DNA from: Heteronotia binoei | Taxonomy: Eukaryota | Length of the DNA stretch: 64,000 nucleotides | Reading direction: 5' to 3' | NCBI RefSeq assembly: GCF_032191835.1 | Contig: NC_083226.1 | Span: 72,230,001-72,294,000, forward strand | In this document: positions 46,524-60,037 of the stretch, one piece after another | How the letters are laid out: the number at the start of each line of letters is the position of its first letter | Position numbering within the stretch: position 1 is the first letter of the stretch | Position numbers and translations under genes: made by a program | Notes under the pieces: generated by a model | Databases searched by the model: none | The model's input: the letters and a program-made list of their open reading frames with translations, nothing else | What the model was told of the DNA's origin: nothing

Positions 46524-48096
46524 TGGGGTTGGGTGTTAGGCAGACTCAAGTCTCTGAGCCACCCTGTCTCTCTGCTCATGCTGAATGGTGGGACTTAGAT
46601 CCTTGGCTGAGGATTCACACTTTCAACCTGCACCTAACATTTCTCCATAAAGCACTTTCCTGGGGGCATCTTCTTTTAGAGGCAATAACTAGAACTCCCT
46701 GGTTGATGGATGTGCTATGGACTTGTGTGTTTCAGCTGGGGGGGGGGGGGTTGTCTGTGAGCATTGTGGGCGTGCTTCCTCTGTTCATGAAGTATGGCCA
46801 GGGTGCCCACCAGGCTGTCATGGGATTATTGTGGGGACTTCCTGTTAGAACTAGGGAAATGTCTGTCTTTCTTTCTGTCTGCCTGTCAGTGCTTCTGCCA
46901 TCAGTCAACGTGTTTCCTTTTCTTTGCTAAGTAGAAGAATTTGCCCCAGTTGATGGGTGTGCTCTGGACCTGAATGTTTTAGCCCAAGAGGAGCTATGAG
47001 TGTTCTGGACATGCGTCCCTTGCTCATGTGGTCTAGTTAAAGTGCCTGCCAAGCTATCATGGTGTTACTTTGGGGAGCCCCCATCTGAACTCTCAGGATA
47101 TTTGCCTTTTTGTCCTTCAGAACCTGCCTCTGGGGACTCGAGGGAGGGGGCTGCAAGCATAGGGAAGATGCTTTCCTTGCTTCCCGTGTCTGGTGTGTGG
47201 GGGTGGAGTGTCTGTCCAGATGATGTTTCCCTGTAAGTTTGGTGCTACTGGCTTGTTCCTGAGCTGTTCCATAGACTCTTGTAACTGCAGCTGTCTTCTA
47301 CAGAGAGAGCACAAGCAGCACCAGCACTAAGGAGCCGGTGCCAGACTGCCACCCCAGGCAAACTGCCCACAACTTCCTGCCTGCTGTGTGCCCTTCCCCT
47401 GTCCTCACCTGTGTTGGCATACTGGAGCGCACCTGCCACTGCATTGCCACCCCTACCAGCCACCGGATGCCACTACCACTTAAGGCCAGGAAGAGGCAGA
47501 GCAACAGCAAGAAAAAGTAAAGAGCTTTCTTCCTGCCTTGCTGCCAGCTGGTTTTATTTGCTGGCAGCTCAGCCCCCCTCACAGGCTGCTTGGGCTGCAT
47601 ATGGGGAGAGGATGGGGTGGGAGTGCCCAGCGCCCCTGTAGGCCAGGTGGTGCCTGTAGGTGGTTGCCTACCTGGCCTATTCAGATCCACCAGGACTGAG
47701 CACATGGGAGATCTTTTTTGGGGGGATGCATAACTGGGACCCCAAAAATGCAATTCACCCTTAGTTGGAGAGATTAGAGAGAAGAGGACAGCAGGGTGAG
47801 GTTCCCTGTGTGTTTGATGTGTGTAGGTTGCATGCTATAAATTATGAATCTGTGCCTGACATTTTTCCTTTGGGGCATCTTCTTTGGGAGACCATAACTC
47901 AAACCCCAGCCTAAATCCAATCTGCACATTGGAAGGCATGTAGAGGAGCATCAGAGGGCGATCCCCCATGAGTTTGCCTCTAATTTGCACAGGATCAGTT
48001 CTATACACTCCTGAACCTTTGCCTGTCATTTTCCCAGAAAGCACTTCCCTGGGGGCACCTTCTTTGGGGTGGCTGTAACTTGAACCCTGTAAGACA

Positions 48097-48581
48097 TAGG
48101 TTTGCCAATCCCCAGGTGGGGGCAGGGGTTCTCCCAGTTTGGAGGCCCTCCCCCCGCTTCAGGGTCATCAGAAAGCGGGGGGAGGGGAGGGAAATGTCTG
48201 CTGGGAACTCTGTTATTCCCTATGGAGATTTATTCCTATAGAAAATCACGGAGAATTGATCTGTGGGTATCTGGGGCTCTGGGGGGGGGCTATTTTGGAG
48301 GGTAGAGGCACCAAATTTTCAGTATAGCATCTAGTGCCTCTCCCTAAAATACTTCCCAAGTTTCAAAAAGATTGGACCGGGGGGGGCAATTCTATGAGCC
48401 CCCCCAAAAGGTGCCCCTATCTATTATTTTCTATGGAATGAAGGAATTGAAAAGATGTGCCGTCCCTTTAAATGTGATGGCCAGAACTCCCTTTGGAGTT
48501 TAATTATGCTTGTTACAGCCTTGATCCTGGCTCCACCCCCAAAGTCCCCAGATATTTCTTGAATTGGACTTGGCAACCCTA
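48097..48581. mobile_element. hAT MITE
   Basis: TIRs TAGGTTTGCCAA / TTGGCAACCCTA; perfect 8-bp TSD GTAAGACA. Confidence 0.9.
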
Positions 48582-48869
48582 GTAAGACATCTTTACCAAA
48601 CATATAGGGCAAGTAGAGGAGAGTCAACCAGAGATCCCCTGTAAGTCTAGTGTCTCTAGCATGCCATGGGGCATTCTACCCCATCATGAACCTCATGAAG
48701 CAGAACAATTCATTTACCCCCCAAAAGGTTGTGATTTGCATGCCATGAATCAAGAACCAAACTGCATGCCCAGTTCATGCCCATCCTTAATTATTACTTC
48801 TGGACTCAGTGGTAGTGTATAAAAAAAGAATTCGAATACAAAAGAAATTAGAAAAAAATACATGCGTTG

Positions 48870-49200
48870 GAAATAGTCTGGAGAAGAGGAGGTTGAGCGG
48901 GGACATAGGCTGCTCTCTTTAAGTATTTGAAGGGCTATCATTTAGAGGAGGGCAGGGAGTGGTTTCTTTTGGCAGCAGAGAAGACTTGCAATAATGGGTT
49001 TAAATTAAGGTTGGGAAGGTACCAACTTGATATTAGGGGGGACCTTTTTTTACAGTGAGAGTTGTGAGAATCAGCTACCAAGGGAGGTGGTGAACTCCCC
49101 CCTCACTGGCAGTCTTTAAGTAGCGGCTGGATGAATGCTTGTCAGGGGATGTTCTAGACCGATCTTGCATTGAGCAGAGGATTGGACTAGATGGCCTGTA
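48870..49200 (+). mobile_element. CR1-type 3' fragment
   Basis: SLEKRRLSGD...FKYLKG-like decay; ends GGACTAGATGGCC. Confidence 0.7.
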
Positions 49201-49261
49201 TACTCTTTTCAATGTTTCCATAATTTCATTATTAGGCTAACATTTTAAAATGGGCTGCGGG

Positions 49262-49817
49262 ATCTACATTGGCTACCGGATCTACATTGGCTACCGGTTG
49301 TCTACCGTGTTCGCTATAAGGTGCTGGTTATCACCTTTAAAGCCCTATATGGCCGAGGACCTGCCTACCTAAAGGACCGCCTCTCCCCATATGTGCCCCA
49401 GAGAGCACTGAGATCCAGCTCACAGAACTTACTGACAATCCCTGGGCCAAGAGAAGCCAGGCTGAGGGCCACTAGGGAGCAGGCCTTCTCGGTGATAGCC
49501 CCTCGTTGGTGGAACGACCTTCCGGAGATGGTGCGAGCCCTGCGGGACTTGAACCAATTCCGCAGGGCTTGCAAAACATGTCTCTTTCAGCTGGCCTTTG
49601 AGATGGAACCCGACTAATTTGATGAATGGACAACTAGTCATCTTGTGGATATCATGACTACAGCATTTAGCACCTATTTTATTATATATTTAACTTTTAA
49701 ATAATTTTACTGTAATTGATATTTAAAATTGTTTATGTTGTTTATGATTCATGGGATTCCCATGCCTGTCAGCCGCCCTGAGCCCGCCTCGGCGGGGAGG
49801 GCGGGATATAAAAATAA

Positions 49818-49874
<57 letters not shown>

Positions 49875-49875
49875 A
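49262..49875 (+). mobile_element. L2 3' end with (ATT)n tail
   Basis: LVITFKALYGRGPAYLKDRL...AFSVIAPRWWNDLP...; tail GAGCCCGCCTCGGCGGGGAGGGCGGGATAT plus (ATT)n at ~49818-49875. Confidence 0.88.
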
Positions 49876-52566
49876 TAAAAAATCTACAAAACCATGCATA
49901 AATTTGAGGCATTTCCCCAAGTTTCAGGATTCCGCAAACCCTTACCATGTCCTTCAAGTCTTAAAAGCATTATATTCAAGTAGACATTATATATTTGATC
50001 ATGATCAGCCAGCTTTTATGTTTTGGAAGCTATGCTTTGGTCACCATTCTCAAAAAAATCCTCAGAAATATCCTAAACTAGCTGTAACTTTTTGTTTTGT
50101 ATTTTTTCCATGCTGGAAATGGTTTGAATCTGGCTTCAATCCTGAACAAGAGGGCCAAGTTAACTTTTATATTCCCTTCAACTTTTTGCCCACTAACCTA
50201 TTTTTCCCCTTAAATCAATCCTTTAGGTCTCTATCCAAAGGACAAAGGCATACAAATGGAATGGAATCAATTTACCCAACAAAAATGCTTTTTTTTTTCT
50301 TTTTAAAAAGGAAAAAAAAGAAAATGCTTGTCCAAGTATGCATGATAAATTTCCATTGCTGTGAGGGTGATTTTTAAAAAAATCCTTTCCTTCAGAGATT
50401 TTTTTTTTAAAATTGACCTTTTAAAATAGGGTATCAGTATCACTTCTTCCCAAGGGAGGAAGATTATACTCCAGGAGGACACATTGTGTGTCTGTGTTCA
50501 TTTTCATTTTTTTATCCTAGAGTTTCCTAATGGAAACACAATTATTCCCCTCCTCCCCCCTCTATCAAAAAATACAACATGAGCTGTATGTGTTTTGGAT
50601 CCCATTCACAGTGAAAAATTACTCGTAACTCGATAGAGCTGCGAGTAATTTTGCAAAAATGCAGGGCTCTTCAGAGCCAAGACTGTGCGCTGGGGCCTTC
50701 TGATTCACTCATGTAAGTGTCAAGCCTCCTTGGCCTCCACTGAGTGGTACCTGCTGTTTGGATCTGCCGCCCCCCCCCCCCCGCCAACTCCGCATATCAA
50801 GTTTAACTAAAGGAAGTAGCCTGACACTCTCCAAGGCAGGCCTCAGATCTGTGAGACATTCAATTTTACTCAAAAGTAAGCCTCCCAAAAAAATCATTGT
50901 TTACACCACAAATCAGCATGCATAGGAATGACACCAAAGGAAAAACAAGGTTATGATTGAAGTGCGTACTCACTGCCTGAACATGTAATTATTATGCAGG
51001 CACATGCACAAGTCTCACTGAGTTTAGGAAGTATGCAATGAATTGTATCCACAATAAGCTTTATGAGGACATTGCTTTGACAGTCTAAGTGAAATACTGA
51101 TGACGCAAGAACTCAGGATACAAGCAGAAACAGCTGGCGTTCTTTATTCACTGATTATGGCAGTCATACAAACCACATTTCCCTCCCTAGAAGCACATGG
51201 GGGGGAACAAAATGGATTTACTAACACCTGAATGGAAGATTTAAACAAAAGCAGAAAAGGGGGAGGATGGAATGACAAAAGCTGGTAATTGCTTGGCCAA
51301 CAGAGGAGTTGAGTTCCCACCAAACCCCACCCCTGCCCCTTACAGGACAGCAGTGTGGGATTAGCTGGTTTATGTGGGGCCAAGCAGGATTATTAAAGAC
51401 TTGCTGGGAAGGGTACTGTTGCTGTTGTCTGCTCACACCACCACTTAAGCAGACTTGTTCTGTTAGGGACTGGTTAAACTCTCCAGGAGTTGGCAGAATT
51501 AGCATGGCATTTTGATAGTTGTTAATACTGGCAATTACTCCTGTAACCAGGATTGTGCAACCCTGCCACTAGGCAAACTAGGCAATTGCCTCGGGCGTTG
51601 GCCTTCTGGAGATGCCAAATTGGGTGCCCCCCATGTGACTCTGTGATGTTATCATTGCAGGGGAGGTGCCAGAAGTTAGCCTTGCCTATGGTGCCATACA
51701 GTCTAAGGCTGGCCCTGCTTGAGACATCTGTGTATGCGGGGAAAACACCCAAATCAGCTGTGCCTGCACAGCTTGTAGAGGTAAATCCCATAATTCTGCC
51801 CATGATCTCTCAATCCTTGCACTGTATTGTGTGGGGTGAGGGGGTTAATAGGAACCATCTCTCAGCACCGTTTTCCTTGCAGACAAGGAAAAAAAAATAT
51901 GTGACTGTTAACTTTGCTAAACTTGGAATCAAGGTGGATGACTCAAATACTGGCACATCTGAGTGGGCAGCCTCTCAGGTATCTCGCTTTAGCGGGAGAG
52001 TTTTCAGGGCAGTTCTGAATAAGCCCCAGTTAAGCCATATGTGATTCTTGCCTTTATTTTATAGTGGAAAACTTTGTTCTTGCATATACAACACAAAGAA
52101 TGTATTCTGGAGTACTGGGTATAGTGGTAGCTTCCCTCTTAGCATGCATGCAGCAAGAATCCCATATGTAAGATCAATGTGTTAAAATCTGCATATACAT
52201 TTCAATTTCTGCACTGAACTGGTATTAGAATCTTCACTGATGAGGTTTGTGAACTTCATGTTCAGGATTTTTTTTTTTTTTTTGCATTTTTGTATGTGTT
52301 TGTGTATGCAGGGGGAAGCAATCAAACTTTGCTTATTTATCAGAAATGGATACTTTTATCATGGAATTGCTATTTCACCACTTCAGTTGAATTTTTCATG
52401 TGGTTTTTGTTCTATCTTTCTATCTACACTTTCCCCTTGTTTGGTCTGTGATGGTGGATTATAGATGTCAGACACAGGTAGCCAGGAAATTAGCAAGCAG
52501 CATTACAATAGGGAATAGAAACCCACTGAGCAGAAATATCAAGCTCCTGTTGGAATAGCATTTTAC

Positions 52567-52623
52567 CTGGATCAGTGCAGCAGTGAGGCTCACAGCTCTG
52601 AACATAGGAAGGACATGGCTCTC
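52567..52623 (-). CDS. Candidate 57-nt host exon, gene unidentified
   Basis: Acceptor TATTTTATTTTAACAAG, ESHVLPMFRAVSLTAALIQ, donor CAG|GTAAAA; phase 0-0. Confidence 0.3.
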
Positions 52624-53157
52624 CTTGTTAAAATAAAATACTAACAGCGCACAACCAGTCAAGGGATTTCTTCATGTTATACTTTTAGCTCAAGGCAGGA
52701 GCCAAAAGGATTACACTGAAACAAGGGACCAGATTGTCATGCTCAGAAGCCAAGCAAAAGAAACTCCTTGGTGGGTTTTTTAAAAAGTTTTAAAGTCAGT
52801 ATGAAGAAATTTCTTATTCAGGGTATCTTTGAACAACTAACTGAAATTCAATTACTCTTGATCAAATTTTCTGAAATTAAATAACATGATCTTGAAATGT
52901 ACCCTTCTTTACATTTCTATACAGCTGTTTATATGATCAGAGAAAACTGAATTGCTTCAGAAAATTTACTTGTTTACATTAACAAGGAGTTCTACTGCCT
53001 TTCATCTCCCCATTGCTCCCATCTCAGACTACTGTGTTTCCACAGAGGGTCTCCATTCTCTGTCCCATGTAACAGTCTGACACAATGTGTGGGTTTTCCA
53101 CAATTACTGAGTGTGTGCTACCCAATACAGACCATGTCTATATCCAGTATGGTTTTG

Positions 53158-54330
53158 GTTTGTTTTTTTTTAACTTAAGAATGCTTTATTGAGTTAAGAA
53201 GTGCTATACAGATATAACAAACGAAAACCATGAGTATGCATCAAATATCAAAACATGACACCATGAAACATTACAGAGTGCAGTTACGAAAGTAATTGAC
53301 AGGACATCAATATAGTGTGGTATGAGGCATTGGGGATTCTATTATCAGCATAAACTTTATCAATGAAAGGTCGCCATTTTTCTATAAAATTTGAGGAAGC
53401 AATTTGTTGGGAACGATGAGGGCCTAAGTCATGTGAGCTTATCCAGTGCAAAATAATCCCACAATTTTAACCACCAAGTTTGTCGTGAGGGGGGAGAGTG
53501 TCGTTTCCAAACTAGAGCTATTGCAAATTTAGCAGCCACAAACATGAGTGAGATCAATTCCTCTGCAGATTCGGGGATATTTGAGTTATCTAGAAGATTT
53601 AAAAGGGCAAATTCGGGCGTAAATGGAGGAGAGTATGATGTGAGTTCTTGTACTTCTTGATAGATTTGTCTCCAAAAGCTATTTATGATTGGGCAGTGCC
53701 ACCAGTAGTGGAGAAAAGTGCCCCTCTGTCCACAGTTCTTGAAACAGAGGGGTGAGATGGAAGACGAGTGCGCTAGCTGCACTGGGGTACGGTACCATCG
53801 TGTGAGGACTTTAAGGGCTTGAAGTTGGACATTCATTGCTTTCGTTTTATATATGGAAGAACCCCAGATGGCTCGCCATTGCTCCTCAGTTAGTTCTATC
53901 TGCAAATCTCGAGCCCAGGCACCTTGATAGGAGTGCGGCTTTGCATTAAGGGGGCTGAGTAGCAATTGATATATTTTTTATATCAGTCCTTTGATCGGGA
54001 TTGAATCACCAAATAGGATCTTTTCAAAGCCAGCAAGGTGGACGCGCAGAGGAGGACTGAAGGAATGTGTATCTAATAAATGTTTAAGTTGAAGGTATTC
54101 GAACCAGGGTAGTCGAAGGTCAGAGTCAGCCTCCAGAGTCACTTTATCTTTCAGTACCCCCTTAAGAAGAACATCCGCAAATTGGGTCAGTCCTAGACGT
54201 TTCCATTGCAAAAATGAGTCTTTACTCAGCGCCGGAGCGAACCAGGGCTGTCTAACAAAAGTGGTTAAGGAGGAGGTCGGGGGAGCTAACTTATTACGGT
54301 GTTTACACCAAACCTGCAGCATGGAGGCCA
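53158..54330 (-). mobile_element. 5'-truncated L1 (ORF2 C-terminus + 3' UTR + poly A)
   Basis: CFKNCGQRGTFLHYWWHCP zinc knuckle; T-rich tail at 53158-53170; 14-bp TSD CCAGTATGGTTTTG (53144-53157, 54331-54344). Confidence 0.92.
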
Positions 54331-57300
54331 CCAGTATGGTTTTGTAACAAAAAAAAAAGTGCTAGTACTCATATTATTGCTCTTAGAAAATTTATATCCA
54401 GTCTTTCTATCCTCAAAAGGACCACCAAAGTGGTCAAAACACTAAAACACACATAATAAAATCTGTACTAATGCAATTTTTCCCCATGAGGCAAGCTCTG
54501 AGGTTCAGCAAGGTAGATCACAGACAAAATTGCAGAGATTAATCAAAGTCCAATCCAAAAGTCAAGCATTCCTTAGAACAAGTATACCAAAATCCAGTAT
54601 AGGATCAAGGAGTTTCAGGCAGCAAGTCCAAGTCCTTTCCAGGGGTTCCAGAAAGCCAGGTCCTGTTCAAGGCTGAAGTGATCCAGTAGCAGCAAGGTTT
54701 GTGGCACAGTAGCAAAATGTACTCAGTGCACCTACAACCTGCTGTTTCTTTCGGCTGAATTTATAGCCAAGACTTAATGAGCTAAACTTCCAGCCAATTC
54801 CTAGGCACTCATCCTAATACTACTCATTCATCTCCTCAGCTAAAGATGGGCCATGAGTTTATTCTCCTCTTTTGCAACTCTGAGCATCTCTGACAGCATC
54901 AGCACTGCAAGGGTCTTAATGATCTAGGTGGACTGAGAGTGGCTTCTGAATACTTGTTTACTGCTTCAGAACTACAAAGCATTGGCTGTAGTTTCAGCTG
55001 TAGCTGTGACTCCTGATCAGCTGGTAATCTGATCGCTTGTTGTTCTTCCAGCTCAGAGCCAGCTGCTGGCTGTTCAGTTAGCAGCTGAAAGCTTAGTGTA
55101 GGTAACTATCAGAGAAATCAGAGTCCTCATTTATCACAGACTGACTTACCACAAAATCACATTTTAAAACCATTAAAAACAAGCAAACCCACCATTAAAA
55201 CCAGAGCTAAAATACATAAGAATAAAAACGGCAATTAAAACATTGGCTAGGCAGGAGGGATCTGTTGCCAAGTAGCCACAGTTTCCAGAACCACCCTCCC
55301 ACCCACCATATTTGACTATGGACTTTAATGGACTGTACACTAACTGACACCTATGCCAGGCCAGCCTTGGGCACATAGCTCTCATGGACTGTATACACAC
55401 TAGCATTCATGCCAGACAAGCTCTTGGGCACATGGCCCTTATGGTCTGTCACAAATACTGAGTCAAACTGGACTCACAATGCCCCTTCATGGACTGTTAT
55501 ACTGCTTGGACTGTTATGCTTATTTCAGACCATGCTTTATTCCTCAAGGAAGCTGCCCAGCCATCCTGTTGCAGATGACTGCAACCATGTCTTCAATGAG
55601 ACAGCAAGACCAGCAGCAGCCCTAGAAGAATGACACACTATTTTCCCATGGAAGCCATGAAGAGACGCTGTATCCAGTACATACTGCACCCCAGGACTCT
55701 TTCATCCTCTTTAAGTATGTAGATTTTGGTTGCTGAACTAGGACCAAGGAATTGATGCAAGAACCCTCACTGAGGATAAAAGAGCCTTCCTGCTCTCATC
55801 ATCATAATACTTTGGCAAATATCACACTTATTGGCTCCTTCCTGATCCCTTTTGATCTCCCTATGCCCCCCCCCCATGAGGTGTCACAAACAAACCCGTC
55901 CGACCTTTAATTGCCCAACATAGTTTTCTTTATTTTAAGTGTATGAGCCACTCAGAGAATTGATTATCTTTCACTTGGTGCTATTGTCAAATTTCTGGGA
56001 ACCATCAACCTGTCAGGTTATCCCATCACAGGATCCTGCCTCAGGTCACAAATTTGGCTATTTAAGGCAGATACCTCAGCCACTCCATGCACATTTTTCC
56101 TACCCACTACCCTGCTGGAAAATTGCCCCAACTCCTGATAAGTTTGGGCCCCATATCAAGTTAAGTCAAGTCAGCCTTTATTGGCATATACCTGTATGCA
56201 GTATAATAGAATTTGGTTGATGGGCCCCATATCATGAGACACTGGTTGTCGTATGGACTCCCCCCCCCCCCATTTCTCTCTCACTGTGGAATCTTTTGCT
56301 TTCCACAAATTCTCCTTTACCTCTGTCAATCCCCATTATGCTGTTCCTGACAGTCCACCTTCCCTTTCTCAGGCTGATTGAGGTAGGCTGGTCCTGGTAC
56401 TCAGTACCAGTGGAGAAGGTGTTTCATCCTCCCCTTATCCCATTTTCCTGATATGGAATGGTCCATGGGTTTCTCCAGTGGGCCAAATAGCACCTCCCCA
56501 AACTGCCTATCTGTGAGCTTTTTCCACTTACAGATCCTGTGATGGATAGCAAGCAGAGGCATGCTTATTGGCCATACTGCTTGAAAGAGAGTGGCCCTGT
56601 TCACACAGCGTGTTGAGTCCGTGTTAAATTGACCCAATTCTGTGCTGAATATCTTTGTTCCGGATATTATCGATCAGACTGCCATACTGCAATTCTAATC
56701 ACTCTGCGGTGAAACTGTCTTCTGCCGTCCACATGATGGCACCATGCAGGTTTTTTTCTCCACTTTTATGCACATTATGCGCATGCACACTATGCACATG
56801 CACATAGGTGTTTATGCGGTTATACGCATATCGCTAAGTAGTAAAAAAATTGGCGACCGTTAACCGGATGTCTGAGGCTCCTTTTGCTCCGGGACAGCCT
56901 TTAGACATCCAGAAGTTGGTCGAGAACTATCCAGATGGGGAAACTACGAGGTGAAACCGGAGAACTCAAAAAACACTGCAAAGGAGCAGGTAACAAAATA
57001 CTCCAGTTCCGAGAAGGATTGGGGGGGCTTACTGTGAGTTACTACCAGGAGGCAGATGTTGCTGTCTTATCAGCCACTTTTAATCCAGTATGAAACAGCA
57101 GTGACAACTGATTATACTGTGCATATGAATAGCCCCTGTAAGTGGCTAACATGATTGACACCTCATGGAACTCTGATTTGGGAACTGCAGCTAACTGTCA
57201 AGAAAAGTGTGACAAGCAGATGGAGTAGAGCTAAAGGTTGGTTGGAAAAGAGAGTGGTGGCTTGTGAGACTCTCTAGTGTGAGAAGGGCCTGAAAAGCAG

Positions 57301-58082
57301 AATCTGTTTCAGAACCAGTGTGGTGTGGCTTTCTGGGGCGGGGAGGCTCTGGAAGAGACTGTTTCAATAGTCTCTTTGTGTGAAACAAAAAAAAAATACA
57401 ATTTGAGAGGGAAATTAGTTTTTTTGTTTTAAGCGTAATATCCACTGTGATTTGGTAACTGGTCTGAAGTGGCATTAAAAGGCTCTAAACATGCCAAAAG
57501 AGCTTGCTTCAAAGCACAGCCTCAAAACCTGCAGTGTCTTCTCAGGAGATAAAAGAAGAGATAAGGAGGAGATAATAATGATCTTAAAGAGGAGATAATA
57601 ATGATTATGCCAGAGAAAAGGGTCTAGTAGGGAAACCCTAGTCTTAAACAAAGGGATAAAGCTGAGTACATTCTTAAGACTGTGTGACTAACGTGTGAAG
57701 TTCAAAGGGAAATCTAGAACAACTTATATAAAAGAAAATTTGTTGTAAAATCTAATACCTTCAGTGAAAGCCAAACAACCTATGTCTAAAAATGTATCTT
57801 GTGTATTCAACAACATAAGATGCAGTTCTGTGATTATATTTAACTGTTTGTCTACCAATTCCAAATGTAAATATCAATTCCCTTCCCTGCCAGTTTGTTC
57901 AAATAAATCTAAACACTGTTTAACTGTTTAAGTATTCCTAACGTGCCATTTCTGAAGGGAAATATTTGAAAACAGACAGCAGCAGGGTGATTGTTTTATA
58001 GAGGGGAGACTAATAAAGTGGTCACCTTGTCACAGTTACCTTCAATACACATCTCTTTCACCAGTTCAATTATGCATTATAT

Positions 58083-58218
58083 CAGGGGTGGCCAACAGTA
58101 GCTCTCCAGATGTTTTTTGCCTACAACTCCCATCAGCCCCAGCCAGCATGGTCAATGGCTGGGGCTGATGGGAGTTGTAGGCAAAAAACTTCTGGAGAGC
58201 TACCGTTGGCCACCCCTG
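58083..58218. mobile_element. Palindromic hAT MITE
   Basis: CAGGGGTGGCCAAC...GTTGGCCACCCCTG; TSD CATTATAT/CATTATAC. Confidence 0.88.
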
Positions 58219-58243
58219 CATTATACGACAGATGAGCTGCAAC

Positions 58244-58445
58244 CAGTGTTCCCTCTAAGCTGAGTTAGTGTGAGCTAGCTCACAGTTTTTTAGCTTCTGG
58301 TTCACACATTTTTGTCTTAGTTCAGGAGGGATGACCCACGAGCAACCTAATTTATACAGTGGCCAAATTGCTCACAACTTTAATAGCAGAAGCTCACAAA
58401 GTAGAATTTTTGTTCACAAGATTCCACAGCTTAGAGGGAGCATTG
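58244..58445. mobile_element. hAT MITE
   Basis: CAGTGTTCCCTCTAAG...CTTAGAGGGAGCATTG; TSD GCTGCAAC/GCTGCAAT. Confidence 0.85.
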
Positions 58446-58494
58446 GCTGCAATTTATCACTATCTACTAGCCTTTTAGCTACAAAACTAAAAAC

Positions 58495-60037
58495 TAGGGG
58501 TGGGCACAAACTGAACCTGTTCATGGTTTGTGTACTGAAGTAAATGATAGATCTACCATCATGAACTTCTATGAACTCTTAAAGCAATTCATGGAAGTTT
58601 GTGGATAGAGCAGAAATCATAAGTTTAAAGGAACTGAGACCACTTAAGCCCCTGATTTCTGTTCTCTGCAAAATTCACAAAAACAGCTGAGCTCCCCACT
58701 GTTCAGCTACTTTTTGTGTTTTCTTAAAAAAAACAACCCTTTAAAGGGACTGTGGGTTTGCAGGGCCATGAAACACAAACCGGTTCAGTTCACAAAGGAG
58801 AGCCAGTTTAGTGTAGTAGTTAAGAGCAATGGACTCTAATCTGGAGAACCGGGTTTAATTTCCCACTCTTCTACATGCAGCTAACTGGATAACCTTGGGT
58901 TAGTCACAGTTCTCTCAAGAGCAGTTCTCTCAGAACTCCCTCAGCCCCACATACATCACAGAGTGTCTGTTGTGGGGAGAGGAAGGGAAGTGTTACCCTG
59001 AGTACCAGTCTCAGTTGGGATGGGAAATTTAACAAGAGACAAAGATGGCAAAAGGGGCACAAGGGGATCTTTGAGTCTATACCAAGGTTGGTTTCAAGAG
59101 GAAACTCTCAAATAACTGAGACCAATTTAAAAGAAAAAGAGTTACTTTACTTGAGAAGTATTGATTAAACTCACATACAAAGAACAATCAAATATTACAC
59201 ACAGCCAAGATTACAGGAAAAGGGGTGAGTAAAGAGACATATAAGGGATTTTGGGGATAATATTTACCATCAGGTGTGGAGAAGTCCTCAAGGCTGTGCC
59301 TGCATGGCACAGCCCAATAACCCAAACAGGAAACTTGGGGGTGAGACCCTATATGGTGCCAAAGAGAATCACATAGAGTTGGGATGGAACAGCATGTTTT
59401 ATACCCTTTTCTGGGAGGAGTTTTCCTCACCCTTAAACAAAAGGTGTGATGGTGCCTGGATGAGGCATATCCTGAGTGTAATTTGGCTGATATCAAAGTT
59501 AATGTGTCTTGGCAACCAGAACAATAGCTCAGAGTGATAACTGTAAGTGACAGACATATCTACCTTTTTCAGAAAGAGAAATCTCTTTAATATAAAGAGA
59601 TTTGCCCAAGGAGGAGAATGCCATAAAGTGGTTTACAGAGAGGTGAGATTTACACTTTAGAGGACAAAGGAAGTTTCTGGACAGCAGATCTACACCCTGG
59701 GATGTGCAAGAATACATGTCTCTTATGGGGGGTGGGGGGTGGAGGAGAGTAACATCTAGACGAAACAATGGTTTTGCTTTCTAGCAGCCTTTCAGGATCC
59801 ATGCCAGGTCAGATCTCATTATTTAATCTGTGTCCTTCCTTAGGATAGCGCACTGACTTGAAGCAATGCCTTATATGCAAGTCACAACAGTGGTGTTACA
59901 GAAGGCGATTGTATGCCGCTCTGAGACTTAGAGTGAAGGGAAAAGTATAAAATCCAACTGTTCTTCTTTGATTCAGTTTTTGGTTTGGTTCGTGGTTCAA
60001 CCACAAACCACATTTACCCAGTTTGTGCCCATCCCTG
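58495..60037. mobile_element. Non-autonomous hAT element (same family as 45161) with nested SINE and solo LTR
   Basis: TIRs TAGGGGTGGGCACAAAC / GTTTGTGCCCATCCCTG; TSD only partly preserved. Confidence 0.7.
58991..59900. mobile_element. Probable solo LTR inserted in a SINE (SINE 58797-58990, resumes at 59901)
   Basis: TGTTAC...TTACA ends, 4-bp TSD GAAG, SINE tail GCGATTGTATGCCGCTCTGAG resumes after it. No coding sequence. Confidence 0.7.

Larger units (their letters stand above)
45161..48789. mobile_element. Non-autonomous hAT element enclosing nested repeats
   Basis: TIRs TAGGGATGGGCACGAAC / GTTCATGCCCATCCTTA; perfect 8-bp TSD ATTATTAC (45153-45160, 48790-48797). Confidence 0.85.

Noticed and set aside
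49751-50377. 208-aa ORF with a poly-Tyr run
   Set aside because: It arises from the (ATT)n tail of an L2 element running into AT-rich sequence.
42540-56620. Inverted similarity between ~42545-42745 and ~56300-56510 as ends of one large element
   Set aside because: The copies are diverged, with no terminal signature or TSD; more likely two independent copies of a dispersed repeat.
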